Positions 47,537 to 56,909 of a stretch of DNA of 64,000 bases are shown here, one piece after another (position 1 is the stretch's first letter; each line of letters opens with the position of its first letter). The stretch is taken from NCBI GenBank assembly GCA_964402565.1, contig CAYOCJ010000001.1, positions 568,823-632,822 of the forward strand, written 5' to 3'. The stretch is from an uncultured Gammaproteobacteria bacterium. GTDB taxonomy: Bacteria > Patescibacteriota > Patescibacteriia > UBA1558 > 2-01-FULL-52-15. The notes beneath the pieces were generated by a model that saw only the letters and a list, made by a program, of their open reading frames with translations, searched no databases and was not told the origin of the DNA. Position numbers and translations under genes: made by a program.

Positions 47537-50068
47537 TTATCGGGTTTCTTTTTCAGCAAAACGATAATATAAATTCTTTGCGGTTTCGGTAACGATAAAA
47601 TAGCTGCCAACGACGATGAAGAGTTCAATCAAGTGCTCAGGCTTGGGACTGATGAATTTAAATATGGTATGCCCCACCGACGTGAATGGAATAATAATGG
47701 TGGCAATGAATGCAGTTCCTGACAGCCAATATAAAATAGGTGACGCCTGTTTTGCTTTCCAAATAGGCAGCCTCGTGCGGATCGAAAACAAGAATACCAG
47801 CTCAGTCAAGATGCTTCCGATGAACCAGTTCGTTTGCAGAACCTCCGGAGAAATGCGGAAGAAAAGGCCGAACATGATGAAATCAAAAACGGTGCTTACG
47901 ACGCCAAGCAAAGTCGCGATGAGCACAATCTCTTTCACATCATAGCTTTTTGGTTTTTTGAGCTCCATGGTATCAGTGGTATCGGTAGCTATCGCGATCA
48001 TGGGAAAATCCGACAGCAAATTCACCAACAGGATCTGCAAGGCAAGCATCGGAAGAAAATCTACGATCAGCGACGCGACAGCGACGGCATAAAAATTTCC
48101 GAAATTTGAAGCAAGAGTTGCTTTGATGTACTTCACGGTATTCACGAAAACCGACCGGCCTTCTTGAATGCCGTCAACGATGACCTGCAGGCTTTTTTTC
48201 AACAGAATAATATCAGCAGTTTCCTGCGCAATATCTGAAGCGCCCTGTACAGCGAGACCGACATTTGCAATTTTCAACGCCGGCGCGTCATTGATCCCTT
48301 CTCCCAAGAAACCGACCTCGTGTTTCTCCTGCAATATTTGAATGATTTTGAACTTTTGCTGCGGCGATACGCGCGCGAATACATTAAATGAATGAGCGGC
48401 AGCAACCTGCTTTTCATGCGACAATTCCTGGAATGCAGCGCCGGTGATAACGTCAGTGAACTTTTCAACCAGGCCTATCTGCTGGGCCACGGAGCCGGCA
48501 ACTTCAGGACTATCCCCGGTCAATATCTTCACCGCAACGCCGAGCGATTTTGCTTTCCGGAGCGATTCTTTCGTCGTTTTCTTCAGTGGGTCCACGAATG
48601 AAATAATACCGACGAATTGCAAATCTTTTTCTTCGTGCTCAATCGCATGCCCATGATCGCCATGCAGATCTTTCTGAGCTACAGCGATAACGCGGTAGCC
48701 CTGCTTGCCGGCATCGACAAGCCATTTCGAGATCACCTCATGAACGCCTGCCGGGATCTTGGAGCATAATGGCAGTATGTCCTCGGGCGCTCCCCGTACG
48801 ATCAATTGACTGGCCTGCGCCTTCTCTACGATCACGGTATTTCTTCTGCGGGCAGGGTCAAAAGGTATTTCATCAACGCGTTTAAATCCATGCAGGTCTT
48901 TGCGCTCATGCGCCGAGAGTTTATTCCATAGCGCCAGATCAAATGCGTTATTCGGTTCTTTTTCTTTTTCAGTCAGAAAAGGCGCGGCAATGCTTGCAAT
49001 GAACACAACATTTGCATTGCTGGGTGCGAAAACCTGCGCGACGCTCAATACATTCTCAGTGAGCGTACCGGTCTTATCGGTACACAATACATCAATGCTG
49101 CCCAGATCTTCGATGGAAGATAAACGCTTCACGACGACATGGTGCTTGGCAAGATGCAAACCGCCCCTCGACAATGAAAATGTGGTGACCACGGGCAATG
49201 CTTCAGGTATGACGCTCACTGCCAGGGCGATGGCAAAAATGAAAAGCTCAGGGATATCGATGGACGGCCCTTTGATCAAAATATTCGCCACGACAATGAA
49301 AGCCAATGTAATGAGGACCAGGCGCAAGATAAAAGAGCTGAAACGCGCAATGCCCTTGGCGAAGGTGCTGACACGGACAGTCTCTGTCGCAAGTTTACTG
49401 ATATCTCCCATGACGGTCCGGACACCGGTCGCACAGACGATCCCTAAGCCTTTACCGCTAACCACAGCAGTACCAGAAAAACCCATGTTCGCAGCTTTAA
49501 ATATCTCGGCAGTCGGCTGGGATAATGCTTCTGATTGCTTCCGAATAGGCACCGACTCTCCGGTAAGAATCGACTCATCCACCATGAAGTTCGTTGCCCG
49601 AAGTAAGCGGATATCCGCAGAGATGATGTCGCCCGGTTCAAGTACCACAATATCGCCGACGATCAATTCTCTGCTGGGTATCATCTGCTCTGCTCCGTCA
49701 CGTATGACACGCGACCGGCGGACAACATACTGTTTCAATAGCTGCAAGGTCTGCTCTGATCGATATTCCTGATAAAAACCGATCCCCGCATTGATGATCA
49801 CGAATAGGACGATCATCGAACCATCGATATACTCCTTGAGTATAATAGCAACGATCGCAGCGCTGATCAGAAGATAAATGAATGGCGAAGTGAACTGCCG
49901 CTTCAGCAGGTCAAACCACGTAGTCGGCTTGGTCCTGATCTCGTTGAAACCTTGTGAACCTAAAAGTTTGCGGGCCTCAGCCTGAGCGATGCCGTGCTCG
50001 ATCGACGAATGATAGCGTGCGGTCAATTCATTCTCCGAAATGACCGTTAATTGGGAAAAATCTGCCAT
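47537..50068 (-). CDS. mgtA: P-type ATPase, Mg2+-transporting MgtA-like
   Basis: TGES, PEALP, DKTGTLT, PFDPARRR, GEGINDAPAL; KYIKATLASNFGNF and QTNWF are typical of MgtA. Confidence 0.88.
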   Translation of the reverse strand: MADFSQLTVISENELTARYHSSIEHGIAQAEARKLLGSQGFNEIRTKPTTWFDLLKRQFTSPFIYLLISAAIVAIILKEYIDGSMIVLFVIINAGIGFYQEYRSEQTLQLLKQYVVRRSRVIRDGAEQMIPSRELIVGDIVVLEPGDIISADIRLLRATNFMVDESILTGESVPIRKQSEALSQPTAEIFKAANMGFSGTAVVSGKGLGIVCATGVRTVMGDISKLATETVRVSTFAKGIARFSSFILRLVLITLAFIVVANILIKGPSIDIPELFIFAIALAVSVIPEALPVVTTFSLSRGGLHLAKHHVVVKRLSSIEDLGSIDVLCTDKTGTLTENVLSVAQVFAPSNANVVFIASIAAPFLTEKEKEPNNAFDLALWNKLSAHERKDLHGFKRVDEIPFDPARRRNTVIVEKAQASQLIVRGAPEDILPLCSKIPAGVHEVISKWLVDAGKQGYRVIAVAQKDLHGDHGHAIEHEEKDLQFVGIISFVDPLKKTTKESLRKAKSLGVAVKILTGDSPEVAGSVAQQIGLVEKFTDVITGAAFQELSHEKQVAAAHSFNVFARVSPQQKFKIIQILQEKHEVGFLGEGINDAPALKIANVGLAVQGASDIAQETADIILLKKSLQVIVDGIQEGRSVFVNTVKYIKATLASNFGNFYAVAVASLIVDFLPMLALQILLVNLLSDFPMIAIATDTTDTMELKKPKSYDVKEIVLIATLLGVVSTVFDFIMFGLFFRISPEVLQTNWFIGSILTELVFLFSIRTRLPIWKAKQASPILYWLSGTAFIATIIIPFTSVGHTIFKFISPKPEHLIELFIVVGSYFIVTETAKNLYYRFAEKETR

Positions 50069-50091
50069 AGTTTGTAGCTATAGTATAGCAC

Positions 50092-50119
50092 AAAAGCCCT
50101 GCCAGATGGCAGGGCTTTT
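50092..50119. terminator. Bidirectional intrinsic terminator
   Basis: AAAAGCCCTGCCA-GA-TGGCAGGGCTTTT. Confidence 0.85.
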
Positions 50120-50135
50120 AATCAAAATATCTATG

Positions 50136-51671
50136 TTATTTCAGTTCGTCTCCCAATGGGTAGGCTTTGAGATGTGTCGCGCTGATATCAACCACATCCA
50201 ATGCATTGAATCCTTTGTTTCGGAAAACCGCATCAGACGCAAATGGATGCGCGCTTCCATTGCTCAGTAAATAAACCGTTGCGGAACCCGGCACATGCAC
50301 AAGCACTGCATCAGGGTATTGATTGAGTTCGCCTTTCTCTACCGAGACGATATCACTCCAGCGGTTCGCCGGGTACGAGGAAAAGGCGGCTGAAGAAGGA
50401 ATGGCTAATTTGAGAATGCGGTTATCCGGACGGCGATACAAATGATAGACCGTATTGCTGTCTTCTGCTTTCATTAAATGAACCAATGGATATTTCTCTA
50501 AGGCGCTCGAAGAAACTTGCTGTGGCGCCCTGCCCTCGTCGTATCGTGCTAATGAACTCTTTCCGGTTAGCCTGTATAGCTGATTCATAATGACGGCATA
50601 GATATCTGCCGAACCGGCAACGCGATACAATGCTGTTGCAGGATCGGTTGTAAGCGTCGTAAACCCAAGGACCAATACTTTTTCTGGTGCGGTTATAGAG
50701 ACGGTTGGAGCAGGAGCACCCTTCGTCTTGAATGTATAGGTATCCGAAGTAGCATACGCACCAAACACATCAGCAGACTGTACATAGAATGAATAGGTAG
50801 TGTCCGGTTTTAAGTTCGGTATATATGAACTATGGAAAAAATCACGGAACTTCGACGTCTGGTCGATCGTATTTGCATAGACGCCTGGTGCCCATACGAC
50901 GATGACACCGTTCGAGAGTTTATTCGTATTCCAAGATATAGTCACGTAATCCTGCCCGAGCTGCGGATCGTTGATGGTCAGCGGCCTGATATCAGAGATC
51001 GCGAACAGGGTTTTTTCGGATTCAGTGTTAAAGAGAGTAGTAAAAGTCATGTCGCTATAGTACGCTGTATTGCCGGCTGCATCAGCAGAAACAACCTGAA
51101 AATGATAAGTCGTGCCTGGCGCAAGGCCTCCGAGCGTAACGTCATGCAACTTTAAGTAGCCGCCCCAGCCAGCTGCAGACGCATATGCTGATGTAGCGCC
51201 AAATTTAACGACCGAGTTCGCAATTTCATTCGTTTCCCATTGAAACGTGGCTGATGTTGCAGTTACATACGGCACATGTACATTGCTGATAATCGGCAGC
51301 GAGGTATCGATGTATTCAGTCGTCTTGAACGTCCGGTCAAAGGTAGAAACCTTTTGACCATTGATCCCTGAAGTTACCGAAAAGTGATAGGTACTTAAAG
51401 GCGTCAAACTGGTAATAGTAATTTCATGGCTCGTCCGCAATTCAGAACCAGTCGTTAAATACACGCCGTAACTTGTATCTAAACCAAAATCGATCCGGCT
51501 GGTGGATGCGATATTCGTGTTCCAGCGCACCACTGCTTTTGTATCAGTGATATTCGACACAGAAACATCGCTTATCTGCATTGCCGTTTGAGCAGTGGCC
51601 GGTAAAGCAAAATAGGCCACAGAGACTCCTATAGCCAAAACGGACAAATATTTTTTCGCTTGATTATGCAT
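50136..51671 (-). CDS. Secreted protein with three FN3/purple-acid-phosphatase-N-like repeats and C-terminal short repeats
   Basis: Signal peptide ending ATA; WxTN...H...LxPxTxYxF three times; VAGSADIY / VPGSATVYLL repeats. Confidence 0.8.
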   Translation of the reverse strand: MHNQAKKYLSVLAIGVSVAYFALPATAQTAMQISDVSVSNITDTKAVVRWNTNIASTSRIDFGLDTSYGVYLTTGSELRTSHEITITSLTPLSTYHFSVTSGINGQKVSTFDRTFKTTEYIDTSLPIISNVHVPYVTATSATFQWETNEIANSVVKFGATSAYASAAGWGGYLKLHDVTLGGLAPGTTYHFQVVSADAAGNTAYYSDMTFTTLFNTESEKTLFAISDIRPLTINDPQLGQDYVTISWNTNKLSNGVIVVWAPGVYANTIDQTSKFRDFFHSSYIPNLKPDTTYSFYVQSADVFGAYATSDTYTFKTKGAPAPTVSITAPEKVLVLGFTTLTTDPATALYRVAGSADIYAVIMNQLYRLTGKSSLARYDEGRAPQQVSSSALEKYPLVHLMKAEDSNTVYHLYRRPDNRILKLAIPSSAAFSSYPANRWSDIVSVEKGELNQYPDAVLVHVPGSATVYLLSNGSAHPFASDAVFRNKGFNALDVVDISATHLKAYPLGDELK

Positions 51672-51849
51672 AGTAAAATTGCTATTTTAGGCTAACTATA
51701 GACTATACTATATAGTTCTATTTTTGTCAAGAGATGCTTGTTTGCCTCAAAGACAAAACGGACATATACTTCGTCAACCGTTCTTTTCATTGCAGTGAAC
51801 AATCACCTACGTGTCCCCCGCAAGGGACTCTATAAGAAGGAGACGACCT

Positions 51850-52638
51850 GTGTGGCGGATACTTTTTGCCCTTGCCTGCGCTGTACCGATTCTCTACATC
51901 ACCACCCTCACCACAACCATCTACCTGCACCGCGGGCTTACGCACGGGAGCCTTGAGTTCCACCCAGCCTTGGATCTCGCAATACGATTCTACAAGTGGA
52001 TTCAAACCGGATTGATCCGGCGGGAATGGGTAGCGGTGCATCGTAAGCATCATGCCCACACTGATGAAGAAGGCGATCCGCATAGCCCGTACCAGTATGG
52101 CGTGTGGAAAGTCACGTTCGCGAACGTCAAGTACTACCGCAGGGAAACCCAGAATCCTGAGACAGTCAAAGTGTATGCGAAGGACATCAAGCGAGACTGG
52201 TTCGATAACTTCTTCGATCACAGCCTCGTCGGAATTGCGCTCGGCATCACCATCTGGTGCTTCATCTTCGGTCTCTGGGCCGGGATCATCGCCTTTGCGG
52301 TGCATGGCGTGGCGTATGTCTTTCTTTCGGGAGCCATCAATGGCCTTGGTCACAGTGACCATCATGGTTACCGTAACTGGCCAAATACGGCGCGGAACCT
52401 CAGGTGGCTTGCCTGGCTGACCGGAGGCGAAGGCCTCCACAACAATCATCATGGCGCTCAGCGTTCTCCAAAGCTCTCAATGGCACCGGGAGAATCTGAC
52501 CCTGCGTGGTGGGCAATACGAGTTCTTGCCTGGATAGGACTGATTAAGATCAAAGGCAAAACCATCGACCTTCCTCGCCGCGGCGCGATCGCAAACGATC
52601 CTCCGAATACGCCGCATGCGTTCACTGCGACCCACTAG
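51850..52638 (+). CDS. Membrane fatty acid (delta-9 acyl-CoA-like) desaturase
   Basis: His boxes HRGLTH, HRKHH and HNNHH; GDPHSP; SD AAGGAG before GTG 51850. Confidence 0.92.
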   Translation: MWRILFALACAVPILYITTLTTTIYLHRGLTHGSLEFHPALDLAIRFYKWIQTGLIRREWVAVHRKHHAHTDEEGDPHSPYQYGVWKVTFANVKYYRRETQNPETVKVYAKDIKRDWFDNFFDHSLVGIALGITIWCFIFGLWAGIIAFAVHGVAYVFLSGAINGLGHSDHHGYRNWPNTARNLRWLAWLTGGEGLHNNHHGAQRSPKLSMAPGESDPAWWAIRVLAWIGLIKIKGKTIDLPRRGAIANDPPNTPHAFTATH

Positions 52639-52642
52639 GCTT

Positions 52643-52678
52643 AGGCCCGCTGGTGCTAACCGGCGGGCCTCCTTTTTT
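52643..52678 (+). terminator. Intrinsic terminator after the desaturase
   Basis: AGGCCCGCTGGT-GCTA-ACCGGCGGGCCT followed by CCTTTTTT. Confidence 0.85.
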
Positions 52679-52729
52679 AGCATACCTTTTAGTATTGACC
52701 ATTCTGATAGACTTTCATATGATTACAAC

Positions 52730-52926
52730 TGTCCGCGGCCCGCAAGGCTCCCAGGAGAGAGGAAGGCCAACAACAACCCCGTTCTTTTAAGGACTGCTGT
52801 GCCGATTGGCACACAGGGCGTCCCAAGACGAAAGAGCGCCGATCAGCTACGGCACGCCGGACTGATCGAAGCGACCCTTGGGGTTTTACTACGCTAAAGG
52901 CTCCTGTCCTCGACCAGGAGCCTTTT
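52730..52926 (+). ncRNA. Candidate structured small RNA (~195 nt), family unassigned
   Basis: Preceded by TTGACC and TATGAT promoter boxes; several stems; ends in the AAAGGCTCCTG...CAGGAGCCTTTT terminator. Confidence 0.45.
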
Positions 52927-52980
52927 AAATTTCATCAATAATTGACCTAAACGAGTTTATTAGGTATAGTGTTGCGAGTT

Positions 52981-54816
52981 ATGTCAGACCAATCACAAGA
53001 AAACATCAGAAATATCGCGATCATCGCTCACGTTGACCATGGAAAGACAACCCTGGTCGACGCTCTTTTGAAACAGTCGAATACATTCCGTAATGCTGAA
53101 GCTATGGGCACGACGATCATGGATTCAAATGAGCTGGAACGCGAGCGAGGTATTACTATTTTCAGCAAAAATGCTGCTATTGCATGGAAGGGCATCAAGA
53201 TAAACATCGTTGATACTCCTGGCCACGCAGATTTTGGCGGCGAGGTAGAACGCATCATGAATCTGGTAGATGCCTGTTTATTGCTGGTTGATGCAAAAGA
53301 AGGTCCGATGCCACAAACAAAATTCGTATTGAAAAAAGCCATTGATGCCGGACATAAGATCATTGTGGTCATCAATAAAGTAGACCGCAGGGATGCGCGG
53401 CCAGACTGGGTACTGAATAAAACTTTTGACCTGTTCGTACATTTGAATGCATCAGACGAGCAGACTAATTTTCCGGTGCTTTACGCATCGGCAGTTCAGG
53501 GTCTCGCGGGAACCGATCACGCACTCGAGTCAATGAAAGATATATCGCCTATCCTGGATACGGTCATTGCCGAAGTGCCGAAACCGACAGGCGACCCGTC
53601 GAAACCGCTTCAAATTTCTGTCGTGAACGTCCGCTATGATAACTATAAGGGTCGTACTGCTATCGGGCGTGTCATGAACGGATCGGTGAGCAAAGGCCAG
53701 CCGGTCGTGCATATTGATCGCAACGGCGTCACTGCTCCGGCGAAAATTACCTCGATCATGGTCTTTGACGGCTTAGGAACCAAGGAAATAGACAGCGTCT
53801 CTGCCGGCGAGATCGTTGCTGTAAGCGGCATCGAAGATATTACCATTGGTGAAACGATCGCCGACGCAAATGAACCGAAAGCGCTGCCAGTCATGCAGAT
53901 AGAAGAACCGACCGTGAAGATGACCTTCGGGGTCAATACGTCGCCATTTGCCGGAACTGAAGCGACCTATTCAACATCGAGGAATTTGGAAGAGCGCCTG
54001 AACAGAGAATTGCAAAATGATGTTGCGCTCAGAGTTGAACGCGGGGCAGGTGAAGGCGCCTTCGTCGTTTCGGGCCGCGGAGAATTGCACCTCGCTATCC
54101 TTATTGAAAAGATGCGCCGCGAGGGCTACGAAATGCAAGTATCCCGACCGCATGTCATCTTCAAAGAAGAGAACGGGATTGTCGAAGAACCATTCGAGCA
54201 GGTATATATTGAAACGCCTGAAAACTTCTCCGGAGTCATTATCGAAAAGATGAGCAAACGAAAAGGCGAAATGAAGGATATGCGCGTCGAAGATACGGTT
54301 GCCTACATGGAATTTGAAATACCTACCCGAGGTTTCATCGGCTATCGAAATGAATTCATCACTGATACGAAAGGCCAGGGTATTATTAACTCCCTGGTCC
54401 TCGGCTACCGCCGTGAGATCGGCGATATTGAATCAAAAACACATGGTTCGCTTATCTCAATGGAACAAGGCGAAACGGTCGCTTACTCATTAGACAATTT
54501 GCAAGAACGCGGCACGCTGTTCATCGGCCCAGGCGTACCTGTCTACGCAGGCATGGTCATCGGCCAAAATTCCCGGGCAGAAGATATGGAAGTGAACCCG
54601 ATCAAAGCAAAGAAGCTCTCAAACATGCGGAGCAAAGGCGATGGCGCAGGCATCAGATTGGATGAGCCGCATACTATGGACCTTGAAGCATCGCTTGAAT
54701 ATATCGGCGAGGACGAACTGGTTGAAGTCACGCCAAAAAATATCCGTATTCGAAAAACACATCTCGACCCGCATGCTCGCAAGCGTTACAACGCTGAAGT
54801 ACAGGGAAAGCGCTAA
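52981..54816 (+). CDS. typA: Translational GTPase TypA/BipA
   Basis: RNIAIIAHVDHGKTTLVD, DTPGHADFGGEVER, SGRGELHL, ELVEVTPKNIRIRK. Confidence 0.98.
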   Translation: MSDQSQENIRNIAIIAHVDHGKTTLVDALLKQSNTFRNAEAMGTTIMDSNELERERGITIFSKNAAIAWKGIKINIVDTPGHADFGGEVERIMNLVDACLLLVDAKEGPMPQTKFVLKKAIDAGHKIIVVINKVDRRDARPDWVLNKTFDLFVHLNASDEQTNFPVLYASAVQGLAGTDHALESMKDISPILDTVIAEVPKPTGDPSKPLQISVVNVRYDNYKGRTAIGRVMNGSVSKGQPVVHIDRNGVTAPAKITSIMVFDGLGTKEIDSVSAGEIVAVSGIEDITIGETIADANEPKALPVMQIEEPTVKMTFGVNTSPFAGTEATYSTSRNLEERLNRELQNDVALRVERGAGEGAFVVSGRGELHLAILIEKMRREGYEMQVSRPHVIFKEENGIVEEPFEQVYIETPENFSGVIIEKMSKRKGEMKDMRVEDTVAYMEFEIPTRGFIGYRNEFITDTKGQGIINSLVLGYRREIGDIESKTHGSLISMEQGETVAYSLDNLQERGTLFIGPGVPVYAGMVIGQNSRAEDMEVNPIKAKKLSNMRSKGDGAGIRLDEPHTMDLEASLEYIGEDELVEVTPKNIRIRKTHLDPHARKRYNAEVQGKR

Positions 54817-54892
54817 CGTAAGAACAGTGCGGTTGCTTATGCTGAACACCCTGCAGATCGGTCCCGGTGTGAAGCGTATGCAACCGCACTGA

Positions 54893-55633
54893 TTATTTAA
54901 TGGAAACCTTTGTACCAACTTGCGCGAACCAGTAGAGCGGTTCCATATTCTCATAGCTTACATTCACACAACCATGGCTCATCGGGTGACCGAAGTTATG
55001 ATGCCAATAGGCGCCGTGAATATAATATCGATACTTGCCTGTCGTAAAGTGTAAATTCCATTTCGTATTCGGCAAATCATACCCTGGGCCTCCATAATGC
55101 TTCACCGGGACTTTATCAAGCACTTTAAACTCACCCACGGGCGTTGGCATAGTCTTCACGCCGCTTGAGATAGGAAAAGAAGCCATCTCGACATCTCCAA
55201 AGAAGTATTTTAAATGCTGTGTTTTAAGATCAACCTCGATACGTTTCTCTTCTTGAATTTTATCGCTATTCAAAGGATCAAATCCTGCAGCAACCTCATC
55301 CCCGTCAGAAAATCCGTCGCCATCAGTATCAGGGTTTTTGAGATCGGTGCCTAGTTTGATCTCCCATGCGTCATTCAGGCCATCCTTATCTGAATCAACC
55401 TGCATAAGTTTTTTCTTATCGCCGAACAAGGGCGAATAGCCCTGAGCGATCTCATCGCCATCACTATATCCGTCGCCGTCCGTGTCCGCTAACAGCGGAT
55501 CGGTCCCATACATATGAAGCTCATCATCATCGGAAAGTCCGTCATGATCGGTATCCACAATATCCTGTGCACGAGCGATGTGGCACACTGATGCTATCAA
55601 AAGCACTACGAATACATACAGCGCTTTTTTCAT
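54893..55633 (-). CDS. L,D-transpeptidase (YkuD) with N-terminal Ca-binding DxDxDG repeats
   Basis: DTDGDGYSDGDE repeats; ISSG..PTPVG; IHG...SHGCVN. Confidence 0.92.
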   Translation of the reverse strand: MKKALYVFVVLLIASVCHIARAQDIVDTDHDGLSDDDELHMYGTDPLLADTDGDGYSDGDEIAQGYSPLFGDKKKLMQVDSDKDGLNDAWEIKLGTDLKNPDTDGDGFSDGDEVAAGFDPLNSDKIQEEKRIEVDLKTQHLKYFFGDVEMASFPISSGVKTMPTPVGEFKVLDKVPVKHYGGPGYDLPNTKWNLHFTTGKYRYYIHGAYWHHNFGHPMSHGCVNVSYENMEPLYWFAQVGTKVSIK

Positions 55634-55713
55634 ATAAGCAGTATAGCATACTCGTCCTGGTTGAAGACATCCGTCAGTTTGAAAGCCGAAAAAAATTGAT
55701 ATATACTGTATGC

Positions 55714-56553
55714 ATGAAGAGACATGGATTCACACTTATTGAAATTCTGATTGTAGGAACGATCATTGTATTTTTGGCGCTCGCAGCATTATTTACGGTA
55801 AATTATTTCATTGATCGTGCCCAAATAGCTGCTACAAAGGCAAATGTGCGCCAGCTCGCTATAGCCATTAAACAATTGCAGATCGATACGCGCCAATGGC
55901 CTGAACGATCGTACGCGAGCCCCTCGAATCCCACGGAAGGTCCTATCATATGCAATATTGCTGAAGCGAATTTCAGATCTCCGATGCAAGTCTGCGTCCC
56001 GCCCACAGGCGGATGTGATTATCAGAACCAGGCGACTAGCGATTGCTTGACTCCAAACTCAGGTTCTCTGCCATTGCATGAGTACGCCCAGGGCATCGGA
56101 AATATCGCAGGCGCACTTGATGATTATCAGGATGATAACGGCAACTATCCGCATCCGGAGTGGACAGATCTAGAAGACAGCTGGGCACCAAGTTTATGGG
56201 CCGGATTAACCGGAAACCCGGGACGCAAATCATGTACGAAAACATTTACCAAAACCTGCACCACGGATGCACAATGTCCGACCGGTGAAAAATGCTATGA
56301 CAATGCGGCTTACTTTAATCGCCTGAACGATATGAATCCATATCCTAATTGGCGCGGGCCCTATATCTCGCAACCGATGTATGATGCCTGGGGCAGGCCG
56401 TTTTTTGCAGATTGCAATTACAAGCTTCCCAATACGAGCGACAAATACGCTTTTGCTTTCGGATCGCTAGGACCTGACGGCGTGAAAAGCACCAGCGATG
56501 ATATCGTGTTATATAATAGCTCGGTCACTCAAGCAAGCGGACCAAGCTGTTAA
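55714..56553 (+). CDS. Orphan GspG-like prepilin with a Cys-rich insertion
   Basis: MKRHG|FTLIEIL; NWRGPYI..DAWGRPF; SLGPDG..DDI. Confidence 0.85.
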   Translation: MKRHGFTLIEILIVGTIIVFLALAALFTVNYFIDRAQIAATKANVRQLAIAIKQLQIDTRQWPERSYASPSNPTEGPIICNIAEANFRSPMQVCVPPTGGCDYQNQATSDCLTPNSGSLPLHEYAQGIGNIAGALDDYQDDNGNYPHPEWTDLEDSWAPSLWAGLTGNPGRKSCTKTFTKTCTTDAQCPTGEKCYDNAAYFNRLNDMNPYPNWRGPYISQPMYDAWGRPFFADCNYKLPNTSDKYAFAFGSLGPDGVKSTSDDIVLYNSSVTQASGPSC

Positions 56554-56578
56554 TCTCTGATGCAGTTGCGTTACATCG

Positions 56579-56908
56579 CTAAATGCCGCTGGCGCTGATA
56601 TCGTTCAATAATTTAAAATAGTCGCCATAGAGCTTCGCGAGGATCCAGAGATTGAAGATCAGAGAAACGATCGTAATAATGATGATGGCAATGCCGATGC
56701 GTCTCGCAAGGGCATTTTTTTGCCGTGCGTATTTGATGCCCCAGCCAAGTCCAAAAGGCGGAAACAATGCGCTGATAATATACATCACGGCCTGCTTTGT
56801 TGCGGTTGTTGAAAGCTCGGATCGCAGCTGCTTTCCGCATTTCATGCAAAAAACAGCATCGGGCGGATTTTGAGTCGAACAAAATGGGCAGAGTAATTGC
56901 GCTTCCAT
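56579..56908 (-). CDS. Zinc-ribbon plus two-TM membrane protein
   Basis: CPFC...CMKCG followed by two hydrophobic helices. Confidence 0.75.
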   Translation of the reverse strand: MEAQLLCPFCSTQNPPDAVFCMKCGKQLRSELSTTATKQAVMYIISALFPPFGLGWGIKYARQKNALARRIGIAIIIITIVSLIFNLWILAKLYGDYFKLLNDISASGI

Positions 56909-56909
56909 A

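Noticed and set aside
48900-49772. Long antisense ORFs (also 26127-26843, 36034-36792, 51787-52452, 24443-25042)
   Set aside because: They are shadows of well-supported genes on the opposite strand and carry no motifs of their own.
52730-52926. tmRNA, RNase P RNA, SRP RNA or hammerhead ribozyme
   Set aside because: GAGGAAGGCC and an ANNN-coding stretch are suggestive, but the tRNA-like ends, P4 partner, SRP loop and CUGAUGA core are absent.
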